Source of the DNA: Candidatus Heimdallarchaeota archaeon | GTDB taxonomy: Archaea; Asgardarchaeota; Heimdallarchaeia; Heimdallarchaeales; Heimdallarchaeaceae | Direction of reading: 5' to 3' | DNA: 64,000 nt | NCBI GenBank assembly: GCA_030603365.1 | Contig: JAUVXV010000010.1 | Span: forward strand, 32,001-96,000 | Position numbers and translations under genes: made by a program | Notes under the pieces: generated by a model | The model's input: the letters and a program-made list of their open reading frames with translations, nothing else | Databases searched by the model: none | Told to the model about the DNA's origin: nothing | Shown: piece by piece, positions 1 to 9,797 of the stretch | How positions within the stretch are numbered: position 1 is the stretch's first letter | Layout of the letters: every line of letters begins with the position of its first letter

Positions 1-1
1 T

Positions 2-1264
2 CGAGGTTCTACAATTTTCAACAACACTTGTAACTATAATGATAATGGTATTTACACCGGTGATAGTGCGTATTCGAACATTCTTAATAATACTTGTAAC
101 TATAATGATGTGGGGATACTGTGGCCTTCTTTTTATTCAATTGTAGCTAATAATACATGTAATAATAATGATGTTGGTATTTCGTTGTCTCAATCTACAG
201 GTTCAATTGTCACTCACAATGAATGTTCAAATAATTATGATGACGGTATCAGTGGTTCTGCCTTTTTCAATCTCACGATTAACTACAACACTTGTAACAA
301 CAATGGTTTTGATGGTATAGGTCTAGGTGGTCTTAGTAGTCATTATTCTGTAATCAACAATACTTGCAATAATAATGGCATGTATGGTATCTGGATTAAT
401 AATGAAGGTAGTCATAAGGTTATTAACAATACTTGCAGTAATAATGCGTATGAGGGTATAATTCTCTCTGCTTGGGATCCTTCAGGTGGTTCTTTTATTG
501 CAAACAACACCTTAACTAATTGTGGATTAACAATAAGTGAGAATTACGTTGATGCCTATCTCTCACATACAGTAGAGAATAACTGGGTAAATGGCAAAAA
601 ACTAGGATTTTTCACTAACCTTGACTCTGAAATAATAAGTGATTCAATATATGGACAATTAATTTTAGTTAATTGTACTTTGACAACCATAAGTCATCAA
701 ATACTTAATGCAGCTACAAAAGGGTTATTTCTCTACTCCTGTTCTTCTGTTACACTTCTAAACAATACGTGCGCTTACAACAGTCTATATAGTATTAAAA
801 GTGAATTATGTACTAGTTTAATTATTATCAACAATACATGTAACAATAACCTTCATGGTATTTACCTTGAAGATACTGATTCTTGTCTCATAACTTACAA
901 CTTTCTTAAAGAGAATGAGAATTATGGTGTAAATTTGAGAACTCGAACAATAGCCAAATCTGAAAATAATCTTGTTCATCATAATATTTTCTTAGACAAT
1001 AATTTGTTGGGAACATCTCAAGCTAGTGATAGTGGAACCAACAATTTGTGGTATGATTCTGTTACACAAGAAGGCAATGAATGGTCGGACTGGTCTGGAG
1101 CTGGATCTTACTCGATTGATGGTTCTGCTAATTCCGTTGATTTATATCCTCTTGGAGGACCTGTTGTAGCTGAATTTACTCAGAGCATTTTACTAGTTTT
1201 CCTATTATCTATATTCTCATTATTCCTTGTAAGAGTATTATCAAAGAAAATAAGAAAGAAATGA
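2..1264 (+). CDS. NosD/right-handed parallel beta-helix surface protein with C-terminal TM anchor (5'-truncated by window)
   Basis: Frame is open from base 2. Many NNTCxNNxxxGI repeats, a GNEWSDW...DLYPL motif, then VAEF + hydrophobic helix + basic tail. Confidence 0.85.
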   Translation, partial: RGSTIFNNTCNYNDNGIYTGDSAYSNILNNTCNYNDVGILWPSFYSIVANNTCNNNDVGISLSQSTGSIVTHNECSNNYDDGISGSAFFNLTINYNTCNNNGFDGIGLGGLSSHYSVINNTCNNNGMYGIWINNEGSHKVINNTCSNNAYEGIILSAWDPSGGSFIANNTLTNCGLTISENYVDAYLSHTVENNWVNGKKLGFFTNLDSEIISDSIYGQLILVNCTLTTISHQILNAATKGLFLYSCSSVTLLNNTCAYNSLYSIKSELCTSLIIINNTCNNNLHGIYLEDTDSCLITYNFLKENENYGVNLRTRTIAKSENNLVHHNIFLDNNLLGTSQASDSGTNNLWYDSVTQEGNEWSDWSGAGSYSIDGSANSVDLYPLGGPVVAEFTQSILLVFLLSIFSLFLVRVLSKKIRKK

Positions 1265-1381
1265 TTTAGAATTATTGTTTCAACTTAGACCGTTTCTTCT
1301 TTTCCATAAAATCCCCATAGAATGAGTTAGACTATATGTTTATATTGCGTTTGAAAATGAAATGGAAATGAGGTACATCAT

Positions 1382-1924
1382 ATGAACTTTATCTCTCAAG
1401 TCGAAGAAATTCTACAACAAATGGAACACATGGGGTCTTCTACACAGATACGCGTTCCACATGGAATAATGTCCTATGCAAGTACATATCAAAACCAGCT
1501 TACTTTTCTCAATAATAATACTCTCAAAAAGAATCTATCTTATCTTTTAATGCTAAATGATTTTCTTACTTGGGCAGTAAGAAGATTTTCACTTGTACCA
1601 GGTATAAAAGATATGTTATTCAAGAATATAATAGCAAATTATGGGTTTGCTGTTGAAGCAATTAACAAAAATCTAGCAAAGAAAATAACAAACAACAAGG
1701 ACATTGGTTTTGATTCCTCTTCTTCTGTTCTGAATGAAAATAACATAATTACGAAATCGATGAAAAAGGAAATTAGATGGTTATACGATATTAGAAATAA
1801 ACAACATTATGATACGCTTCCCAAAGTTGAATTTGAACATTATACATATAGGGATTGTAAGAAAGCACAAAGGATTTTTAGTCAATATATTCGTCAAATA
1901 GGCCAAAAATATGAGGGTGAATAA
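1382..1924 (+). CDS. hypothetical protein, possible HEPN/Abi-like RNase
   Basis: 180-aa helical ORF with a C-terminal DIRNKQH motif, shorter-spaced than canonical Rx4H; GAGGT upstream. Confidence 0.5.
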   Translation: MNFISQVEEILQQMEHMGSSTQIRVPHGIMSYASTYQNQLTFLNNNTLKKNLSYLLMLNDFLTWAVRRFSLVPGIKDMLFKNIIANYGFAVEAINKNLAKKITNNKDIGFDSSSSVLNENNIITKSMKKEIRWLYDIRNKQHYDTLPKVEFEHYTYRDCKKAQRIFSQYIRQIGQKYEGE

Positions 1925-2029
1925 TCAACAATATAGACAAAGAAGATTTTCTCGCTGAATACAGGAAAGATAAGAAAAAGGGTGATAGAAGGGTTTTTAA
2001 TCCTTCAGTCATGGCATAATTCCTGGGTC

Positions 2030-2833
2030 TTATGTTGTATAAGATTCTATGAATAAAGTTTCAAATTCTGAAAAATCCATAGTATCAATATCTAGAAACA
2101 CTTCTAAAATGCCATTATCTAGAAGTAGAACCATATCTGCAATAAGTAATTCACTATCTTCAACATATTGAGAATTCAAGTAGATATATTCCCCAATTTT
2201 GAAATTACTCTCAGGAGAAAGTTCTATTAACTTCTTACTAATGATTCCATTTGAATGAACTAAGATATTTCTAATCTCGTAGAAAATATCAATTTTCTGA
2301 AGTATTGGCGGATCTACTTCTAAATTTATATTAATTTTTTCTTTCACTCGATTGAATATTCTTGAGTAATCACCATACAGCATATCTCGAATATATTTAG
2401 AAGTTACTTCCGTGAGAATATCCTGTTTATCATTCTCGTCAGACGTCATAGAATTCTCCAAACGCTCTTTCAAAATCTCAGGTTTCTTTTCCAACCATAT
2501 TTTGAAGATGTTGTATAGATAGCTTTCAAGGATTGTATTTAAATGAACTATCATATTCTTAATTCTGAGACCATTGTATCCTGTGGACAACCATAGTTCT
2601 AAAGCTCCTGACCTGGTTTGTAATTTAGCATCAGAAGTGTACCTCTTTCCGAAAGGATTTGGCTCTGAACTACCGAATTTGGAGAGAATTACATCTATCA
2701 ACTCATCTTGAGAGTATTCAACAGACATGATGTTCAAAGTCATGATGTCAAACAAGGTTTGAGAAGCGTATGTGCTTATTTTCCTATCTCTGTTTTTCTC
2801 AATAAAATCCCTATTTTTGTACTGGTTAAACAT
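2030..2833 (-). CDS. HEPN-domain protein
   Basis: N-terminal ILESYL helix and EIRNILVHSNG (Rx4H) motif. Confidence 0.7.
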   Translation of the reverse strand: MFNQYKNRDFIEKNRDRKISTYASQTLFDIMTLNIMSVEYSQDELIDVILSKFGSSEPNPFGKRYTSDAKLQTRSGALELWLSTGYNGLRIKNMIVHLNTILESYLYNIFKIWLEKKPEILKERLENSMTSDENDKQDILTEVTSKYIRDMLYGDYSRIFNRVKEKININLEVDPPILQKIDIFYEIRNILVHSNGIISKKLIELSPESNFKIGEYIYLNSQYVEDSELLIADMVLLLDNGILEVFLDIDTMDFSEFETLFIESYTT

Positions 2834-2921
2834 AAAATCACATATTGAATTGTGTTTAGTATCTAAATTGTATGTGAGTATAATAATTTTTCATCGAAAT
2901 AAAGATGAAAACTAACTTGAC

Positions 2922-3146
2922 TCAAAGGAAATCTTCCAAATCTGATTGCTTCTTGGGACGCATGAAATCCTTCAGTTCCTTTTCTTTAAGTTCAATAAAC
3001 CATTGTTTGATGAGTTTAGAATCAGGATGAACAACAGACTTAGGAACCCAGATAGGACGGTCAGAGAGAGTATCCACAAAAGCAAGAAAAGCTTTCTCAG
3101 TCTCAAGATCAATCTTACCAAGCTTATAAGTAGAATAATCACTCAT
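2922..3146 (-). CDS. small WxPKS-motif protein with C-terminal PIP-box-like motif
   Basis: ETEKAF...PIWVPKSVV...WF; ends KQSDLEDFL. Paralogous to 3564-3782 and 52192-52458. Confidence 0.75.
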   Translation of the reverse strand: MSDYSTYKLGKIDLETEKAFLAFVDTLSDRPIWVPKSVVHPDSKLIKQWFIELKEKELKDFMRPKKQSDLEDFL

Positions 3147-3209
3147 CTTGAGAATTCTAAGAGAAATTAATATAAAAATGATTAAGAGAGATTTGAGTGT
3201 TTGTTCTTC

Positions 3210-3329
3210 TCATGAAAGCAATTGGAGTAATAGTGCAAGCAAATCAAAGCCTAGTTGTTCAAGAACAACATATACAACTGAGAAACTAAATACACTTATT
3301 GGTATTATAATTTTAATATTTATTTTCAT
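3210..3329 (-). CDS. putative 39-aa membrane peptide
   Basis: ATG..TGA ORF MKINIKIIIPISVFSFSVVYVVLEQLGFDLLALLLQLLS, read manually; below the ORF-track cutoff. Confidence 0.35.
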   Translation of the reverse strand: MKINIKIIIPISVFSFSVVYVVLEQLGFDLLALLLQLLS

Positions 3330-3563
3330 TTTGAGTCTATTTTCACAAACAGCCTTTTAAGCCTTTCTAATCTCATTTTTTGTTATTTCACTTATTTTCC
3401 AAAATATAGAAAATATAGATGATTTTATATTCTATATAGAGACAAATATATCGCGAAATTTCAATTGTATATAGTATATTTCTTTGTATATTTTAAAAGG
3501 AGATATCAAAAGAGTAATTTCCATTAATCTCTCGTTTTATAGAGTTTGTTGGATAAATCTTTT

Positions 3564-3782
3564 TTACTTTCTTTTCCAATTTCTCTTGCCTTCCTTAATC
3601 TGTCTGATAAACCAGTGTTTAATTCTCCAATGTTTATCAACAACAGATTTAGGAAACCAGATGGGTTCATCAGTAAGGTCGTAAATAGTAGCATAGAAAG
3701 AGTTGGCAGATTCACCAAGAAGGTAATCAATAGAATAATCAGAAAAAGAAGAATCTTTAGGAGGAGAATCTTCTAAAACCAT
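3564..3782 (-). CDS. small WxPKS-motif protein (paralog)
   Basis: From ATG 3782: MVLEDSPP...SDYSID...EPIWFPKSVV...HWFI; aligns by eye with 2922-3146 and 52192-52458. Confidence 0.7.
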   Translation of the reverse strand: MVLEDSPPKDSSFSDYSIDYLLGESANSFYATIYDLTDEPIWFPKSVVDKHWRIKHWFIRQIKEGKRNWKRK

Positions 3783-3850
3783 AAACGCTTTCAGGCAAAG
3801 AAAAGGAAGAAAGTATAAAAAGACCAAGAAAAACCAAGTATTTGGTAAAC

Positions 3851-4693
3851 ATGGAAATTGATACGACAGAAGAACCATTTCTCAAATATAGAGTAAAGAA
3901 ATCCACAAGAATAGATTATGCTGATACATTGGAAATTATATTAGAGAGTGATTTTACTGAAGAAGAGAAGTTTTTCTTTGTGAGATTCAACGATGTTGAT
4001 AGAAAGGTTAAGAAATTTCACAACAATGTTTGGGGATTAAAAGCTACTAGACTTTGGATAAAGGGTAAAGAAGTATATCTTGAGGAGTCAGGTAGACATG
4101 GAATCACTGAGACAATATTTTGTTCATATAAAGAGGATTGTGAAGGGATATGTAAACATAATATGGGATTAGCTAGAACTTGGGAAGTTTCTAGAGATGA
4201 TCCATTCTATGACGAGAAAATAGCTGAAACAGATAGTATACAAGGTATATTAAAAAGGATAGAAAAAGTAAAGGAGGATATAAAACCTGATGAAAGTGAG
4301 GACTATATACTTCGTGAAATGGAAAATTTGTCTATAGTTGAATTGAGATTGGAAGAAAAGAAATATATGATGAACAAAACCGTTTTCAGAAAATATCTTG
4401 AGAAGAAACTGGGATTTGAGTTCGAATATTGTCCAATAATCTCAAAAGATGATACACTTCGAATTATAGAAGGCTTTCCAGAAGAATTCTTGCTATCAGA
4501 GGAAATGATAAGATATCTTACTAGAGATAGATTTGAAACAGGGATGACTGTTTCCAGTTTAGAAAGAACAGAAGGGGAAGAGATAGAGAAAGAGGAATGG
4601 GAGTATGAAAAGAAGCAGGCGGAATTGATAGGAGATGAAGTAGAGAAAAGATTCAGGAAAGTCCTATCAGAGTTTTTCAATAGGAGAGAATAA
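3851..4693 (+). CDS. hypothetical protein with SWIM-like zinc finger
   Basis: FCSYKEDCEGICKH Cys/His cluster; acidic/charged C-terminus. Confidence 0.6.
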   Translation: MEIDTTEEPFLKYRVKKSTRIDYADTLEIILESDFTEEEKFFFVRFNDVDRKVKKFHNNVWGLKATRLWIKGKEVYLEESGRHGITETIFCSYKEDCEGICKHNMGLARTWEVSRDDPFYDEKIAETDSIQGILKRIEKVKEDIKPDESEDYILREMENLSIVELRLEEKKYMMNKTVFRKYLEKKLGFEFEYCPIISKDDTLRIIEGFPEEFLLSEEMIRYLTRDRFETGMTVSSLERTEGEEIEKEEWEYEKKQAELIGDEVEKRFRKVLSEFFNRRE

Positions 4694-4710
4694 AAATCAC
4701 GCTTTATTGT

Positions 4711-4914
4711 TTAATGTGTGATTATTTCTTCTTCTATCATTTTCTCCCGATTAACTGCCCCACAATTCTTGCAAATCTGTTCTCATCTGGTTTCATCAAG
4801 AACCAAGTTTCGTTCTCCACAAACCGAACAATCAAATTCATCCATATTGATAGAATAGAGTTTAGCTTCCAGTTCTTCCTGTTCTGTAAGAGATTTAACG
4901 CATCTGGATATGCT
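4711..4914 (-). pseudogene. TFIIB-type zinc-ribbon remnant with in-frame TGA
   Basis: Manual translation ...MDEFDCSVCGERNLVLDETR*EQICKNCGAVNREKMIEEEIITH*. The TGA at 4783-4785 falls at the conserved RGE glycine. Confidence 0.6.
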
Positions 4915-6105
4915 CTACTCACTCTTATCGGTTCTAGTAATTTCTATATTGAATACATAATCCCCATAATAAACATCGAGTAACTCACAACCTTTGAGTT
5001 CCAATGTATGTATGTCGTTTATTATACGAGAAGGGTATTCCCAGAATTCCATAACAATGAGAAAAACGCTTTTGCAACGCTTACATTCGTGTGTTCCATT
5101 GAATGTATGCTGTTCTTCAATTCCTAGTGATTGCTCTTCACCAGAATCGGTTTGTTCCCAATTGAGATGAAATTCTTGTGTTTTTCCACAATTACAACAT
5201 TCTACAGTTGTTACAGGTTTAATCTTATAGATATCATCTTCAAACTCTCGATTATAGAAAAATCTCTTGTCAATACTTCTAAAAAAATCCATTAAATTAA
5301 CAAAAAAAGTTTCATCTTCTAACCATATATCTAATTCGTTCTTTGAGGATATCTTTTCAAGAAGTTTTTCTTGTTTTTCTTTCCATTCATCAACAAAATC
5401 TTCGAAGTTATTGTATGAAGCTTTTTTGAGAAACTTCATAATTGATTGATTAGGTTGTATGTTTATTGCAGTATACCAATTTTGAATAAATTTTGTGATT
5501 AAATTCTCTAGAATGTTTAAATTCTGGTCTTTTATTGATTTTTTATCTGGTTTCAAATGCAAATAATGTTTGTCAATTATTTCTTTAAACTCATACCAAA
5601 CATCTCCATTTCTCTCAATTTTATTAGTTAGAACTATTTGTAGATTATTTTTTTCTGTTATAACTAATTCCATGTTCTCGTGAATGTATGTCCAATATAT
5701 TGTTGGTGAGGATATAGGATCTTTTCCTACTTCTGAAGAATAATCGACAAAAAAGAAGAAAAATGGTTTACGAGATGCGCTCCATGTTTCAATATAGGTT
5801 TCTTCTATTGGAAAAAGAATTTTACCATCTGATTTTTTATATTCCTCTGTCGTAGATGATTTTATTTGACCAGAAAAATCATATTTAGTAGAATTCGCTA
5901 CTGAATCGAAATATATGTAGTTTCTATATTTGTTTACGCCTTTCTCCTCTGGCATGTGACCGATAATGTCAGTTCCTGTATCAATAAATGGATACTTCTC
6001 TATAAATATACAATGAGGAGAAATTAACTGACATGACAAATGTTTGTATGAAACTTCCTCTTGTATTTTTGTATATAGCATAATTTTACTCAGTGATTTT
6101 CCCAT
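4915..6105 (-). CDS. DUF4365-like PD-(D/E)XK nuclease with C-terminal zinc ribbon
   Basis: DTGTD...GQIKSS N-terminal motif; C-terminal CCNCG...CKRC. Confidence 0.65.
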   Translation of the reverse strand: MGKSLSKIMLYTKIQEEVSYKHLSCQLISPHCIFIEKYPFIDTGTDIIGHMPEEKGVNKYRNYIYFDSVANSTKYDFSGQIKSSTTEEYKKSDGKILFPIEETYIETWSASRKPFFFFFVDYSSEVGKDPISSPTIYWTYIHENMELVITEKNNLQIVLTNKIERNGDVWYEFKEIIDKHYLHLKPDKKSIKDQNLNILENLITKFIQNWYTAINIQPNQSIMKFLKKASYNNFEDFVDEWKEKQEKLLEKISSKNELDIWLEDETFFVNLMDFFRSIDKRFFYNREFEDDIYKIKPVTTVECCNCGKTQEFHLNWEQTDSGEEQSLGIEEQHTFNGTHECKRCKSVFLIVMEFWEYPSRIINDIHTLELKGCELLDVYYGDYVFNIEITRTDKSE

Positions 6106-6192
6106 TTTGAATCACTTGTATTAACTAAATAAATAGTTAAAAACTCCACAGATTTTTGTGTTCTCCGTTCTCTCCCTAAGAAGAATTACTAC

Positions 6193-8601
6193 TCACGTTA
6201 TTTCCATTTTCAGTAACTGATTAGCTAATTCCCGTTGCGCACAGAGGACGACTTTTTCTTCATTATGAAGTGTTCTTTCCTTCAGTACTTCTTTCAATAA
6301 ATCTTCTAGAGAAGATGATTTTTCCCCAAGTATTGCTTGTTCTATCTCATGTCTGGAGTATCTCTTAATCAGTAGAGAACAAGCATTTCTTGCATTTTTT
6401 CTTATTATTGAGCATTCTTTCTCGTTTTTACTCAACGAACAATAGGTTATACAGACATCATCAGGTTTGAACTTGTGATTAAGAAACGAACTGTTTTGTT
6501 CCTTTGGTTTTTGCCTTTCAGCATTTGTTTTTTTCTCTTTTTGGTAGTTCTTTTTTGAAGTCTGGTTCGACTGAGTAAGTTTGTCGTGAAGAGTTGTTCT
6601 CATTTCTATAAAACTACTAAACAAGAGAGGATAGAGTGAAGAAGAGTATTTTCTTTTAAGAAACAATAGATAGGTCTGATAATCCAAGGGTTTGCAGTTG
6701 AATTCCTTTGTAATTATCTCCAAAGCCTTATTTTCTCCATCTTTCCAGATAAAACAATGACGAATAGGTAGTTGTTGGAGTCGTTCATAATGAAACTCAT
6801 GTAAGTTGAGAGCTTTAGCTAGTTTCTCTGTTTCTTGACCTGAACGAAAAACAATCTTTGTAGAAGAATTAGCATGAACAATATTACTTACATTATGCCA
6901 CATTTGGGTACAGAAGATATGACCAATACCTAAGCTTCTACCTAGCAGAATGTTATTTTCAGCTGTGATCAAAGAAGCCGAACTCTGTGTTCGATAAATT
7001 TTTGGGATAATATTAATCGCTTCTTCTAAAACTAGAACGTAACGAAGCTTATTGGTGAGATCTTTTGCGGCAGCAAACCTATAGAAGAGTTTCAGAATCA
7101 AGTTACAGACAAGATAAATGTCTGAAGGTCTTGCTGCTCTTCGCTGGAATTGGCTGAGATCTAGGATAATAGTCTTCCCTTGATCCATTACATCAAAATT
7201 CAACGTTGTTTGAGACACTCCTAAGATTTCAAAATTACTAGGGTTAAAAATGAAATTCAGTCTATTTAACACAGCATCTAGCGTGTTCTGGATAGTAGTA
7301 ACTCGTTTATTTTTCTTAGCCAAAGTAATAAGGTGCTCTGCAAAAACCTCTAATGTCCTCTTTTCTTCTTTGTGAGTGAGAAAAAGAGCTGTTTCAAAAA
7401 GGTTCTTCATAGATGGACTAAAATTCTGATCAGTAGAAGCAATCATTTCTTCAATAACTAGAAGTGTTCCTCTAACGTCATCCTCATCTTCGGTGTCAAA
7501 GAGATTAACGCAAAGAGGATGTGGACTACCGATAGTAAAGATTTCCACATTGGGTTCTGTAGCAAAAGTCATTGCATATTCTCCTTTAATATCAAAAACC
7601 AAACTTGGCACATTACTATGGATAAGGCTTTGGAGAATACCGCTGACAAATCTTGTCTTCCCTCTCCCTATCATTCCATAGATTTCAACGTTGTAGAGCA
7701 GTTCACCTATACTGATAGAGATTTCATCATCAAGTAATTCATTTATGTATTCGTATCCAAGAAGGATAGATTCTCCTTGCTTGAACACTGTTCTTGGTTT
7801 AGATAGAACAGCTGTAGTTATCTCTTTATAATCTAAAGGAATGTGGAAATACTTTGGTACATCATCAAGTAAAACTATTTCATACTCTTGAACTGAAGAT
7901 GTATTCTGCTTCTTTGACATATTTGTTGCGTTCAAGAATTTCCTGATTGAGAAGTTATCATCAGATAAAGCTGAGAATCTAACGTAAAATTCACCATTAA
8001 TATGTTTCAAGTTTTGAACACTAATCATTAAACTAACATCAGGACAACGTTCAAGAGCTATAGTCTTGTACATCATGTCCATTACATCTATCTCTGTATC
8101 GACCAAAGCAGAGTAATCTAGAGGTATTCTCTTTTTCTTCTTTCTTAGAAAACGAAGAAGAAGTTTAGATTGTTTAGAATTAAGGATATTGAAGTGGCCT
8201 TCATAGTTTGTAGAAAGAGCGTTGGTAACAAGTAGTAATTCTTTTTCTAATTTTTGTAAAATCCTCTTCTTGGAGAAGCCTTGTTTAGAAAGAAGGATGT
8301 AAAGACTCGTTCTCGACTGATATTTGGAGATTACTATCTGGATTTTTTCAACATTCAAAGCAACTAAAGTACTAAAACTGGTATGAATTCCTTCTACTTC
8401 TTCTGAATTGAGTTTAATATTGCAATTAATATGTTTGATAAGTAAAACTACCTTACATCTGTAAAATGGTAGAAGGATTTTTCTCTGTAAAAAAAACTCA
8501 TTGTTTCTGGTTCTGATATAAGGAAACGAAAGAACAAGCAAAAGAATGACAAAAATAGAACTGAACAAGAAAGTTAACAATACTATATCCATAGCTATCA
8601 C
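6193..8601 (-). CDS. HerA/DUF87-family (FtsK-HerA) ATPase with N-terminal TM helix
   Basis: Walker A GMIGRGKT, FDIKGEY, Walker B LVLEEA, GRSLGIG..CTQ. Confidence 0.85.
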   Translation of the reverse strand: MIAMDIVLLTFLFSSIFVILLLVLSFPYIRTRNNEFFLQRKILLPFYRCKVVLLIKHINCNIKLNSEEVEGIHTSFSTLVALNVEKIQIVISKYQSRTSLYILLSKQGFSKKRILQKLEKELLLVTNALSTNYEGHFNILNSKQSKLLLRFLRKKKKRIPLDYSALVDTEIDVMDMMYKTIALERCPDVSLMISVQNLKHINGEFYVRFSALSDDNFSIRKFLNATNMSKKQNTSSVQEYEIVLLDDVPKYFHIPLDYKEITTAVLSKPRTVFKQGESILLGYEYINELLDDEISISIGELLYNVEIYGMIGRGKTRFVSGILQSLIHSNVPSLVFDIKGEYAMTFATEPNVEIFTIGSPHPLCVNLFDTEDEDDVRGTLLVIEEMIASTDQNFSPSMKNLFETALFLTHKEEKRTLEVFAEHLITLAKKNKRVTTIQNTLDAVLNRLNFIFNPSNFEILGVSQTTLNFDVMDQGKTIILDLSQFQRRAARPSDIYLVCNLILKLFYRFAAAKDLTNKLRYVLVLEEAINIIPKIYRTQSSASLITAENNILLGRSLGIGHIFCTQMWHNVSNIVHANSSTKIVFRSGQETEKLAKALNLHEFHYERLQQLPIRHCFIWKDGENKALEIITKEFNCKPLDYQTYLLFLKRKYSSSLYPLLFSSFIEMRTTLHDKLTQSNQTSKKNYQKEKKTNAERQKPKEQNSSFLNHKFKPDDVCITYCSLSKNEKECSIIRKNARNACSLLIKRYSRHEIEQAILGEKSSSLEDLLKEVLKERTLHNEEKVVLCAQRELANQLLKMEIT

Positions 8602-8695
8602 TCGTGCTTTATATAAAGTTTAAACTCACAGAATAAACAAAAAAACCATATAAAAACACATCAAAGTATTAGCAAAAACCTCAGAAATAGACAAA

Positions 8696-9697
8696 TCATT
8701 TTCCATATCTAAATTGTGTAATTTCCTCAATAATGGCCAAATACTTAATACATGATTGACTAATTTCCATAAACAGAAATGCTAAGTGTATATCTTTTAA
8801 AACAGTATTCAAGATATTCGTAAATGCTTTCTTCATCTCCGAACTTGGCTCTGTCCTTTTTTTCTTATCTTTATTATCAGAGAAATCAAATTTCACAATA
8901 GAATCGATTATGTAATCTTTTTTCTCCTTTGCTTTTTTGTATTGTTTTCGAAATTTACTTCTTAGTTTTTCCAATTTTGGCAAAGGATTCGCATGTGCTA
9001 TAGAGTTTCGTGTTTCTAAAAATAGGTCAAAGGCAGCTTTATCATTTATGCCTTTATAATCAAAGTAAAAACCATCTATTTGTTCAGGTAACTTATCACC
9101 CATCACTTTAAGTAGGAATTTTGTTTTGTCTTTTATTCCACCTTTTTTGGGATATCCATCTAGCTTCTCTCTTTCTTCAAGAGGAATCTTCTTCTTGAGA
9201 AGTTTCTCAAAGTATTCATCAAGATAAACATCAATATAGGCATATAAAGCAAGAATATAATATGCAGAACAACGTTGAACAATTTTCAACTCTTGCATTC
9301 CTTTTTTGGATAATACATCTTCATTCTTCTTATCTTCTGCTGAACCAAATACAGGGAAAATATGTGGTCTCAGAGTCAAGATTGCTTCAGTAATCTCATG
9401 ATTTTCTTTTTCAGTATCATTTTTAAGAAACATCTCAGTCCCCTCATCTATCAGCTTGTTGTAATAGGGCTCAAGTTTTGGTCTCTTGTTTACTATTGAT
9501 ACAAGTAGTATGATTGCTTCTGTAAAAATCGTAAGATCAGCACATTTGCTTTCAAGTTTCTTTCCAAATTTAGATTCTAGTACTTTATCCAAAAGCGTGA
9601 AACCAAAGTATTTTGATTTGTTAGTTAACTCCTCTGTTTCAATAAGCGCTAATTTCTGACTGATAATACAATGAACATCGTCTTGTGATAAGTCCAT
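8696..9697 (-). CDS. HEPN-like protein
   Basis: ETRNSIAH (Rx4H) motif in a helical protein. Confidence 0.55.
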   Translation of the reverse strand: MDLSQDDVHCIISQKLALIETEELTNKSKYFGFTLLDKVLESKFGKKLESKCADLTIFTEAIILLVSIVNKRPKLEPYYNKLIDEGTEMFLKNDTEKENHEITEAILTLRPHIFPVFGSAEDKKNEDVLSKKGMQELKIVQRCSAYYILALYAYIDVYLDEYFEKLLKKKIPLEEREKLDGYPKKGGIKDKTKFLLKVMGDKLPEQIDGFYFDYKGINDKAAFDLFLETRNSIAHANPLPKLEKLRSKFRKQYKKAKEKKDYIIDSIVKFDFSDNKDKKKRTEPSSEMKKAFTNILNTVLKDIHLAFLFMEISQSCIKYLAIIEEITQFRYGK

Positions 9698-9797
9698 ATG
9701 ATAGAAGGCACTTAAAGAGATATAATTGTGTCTATATCAAGGTAAATTAGCACTTATTTGGAGTTCATACTTGAATATGAAAACTGAATTTGCTAGT

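Noticed and set aside
3360-3520. AT-rich TA-repeat spacer as replication origin
   Set aside because: No ORB-like or iterated boxes and no adjacent initiator gene.
4783-4785. TGA as selenocysteine in the zinc-ribbon stub
   Set aside because: It aligns to a Gly position rather than Cys, and no SECIS is evident; a nonsense mutation is simpler.
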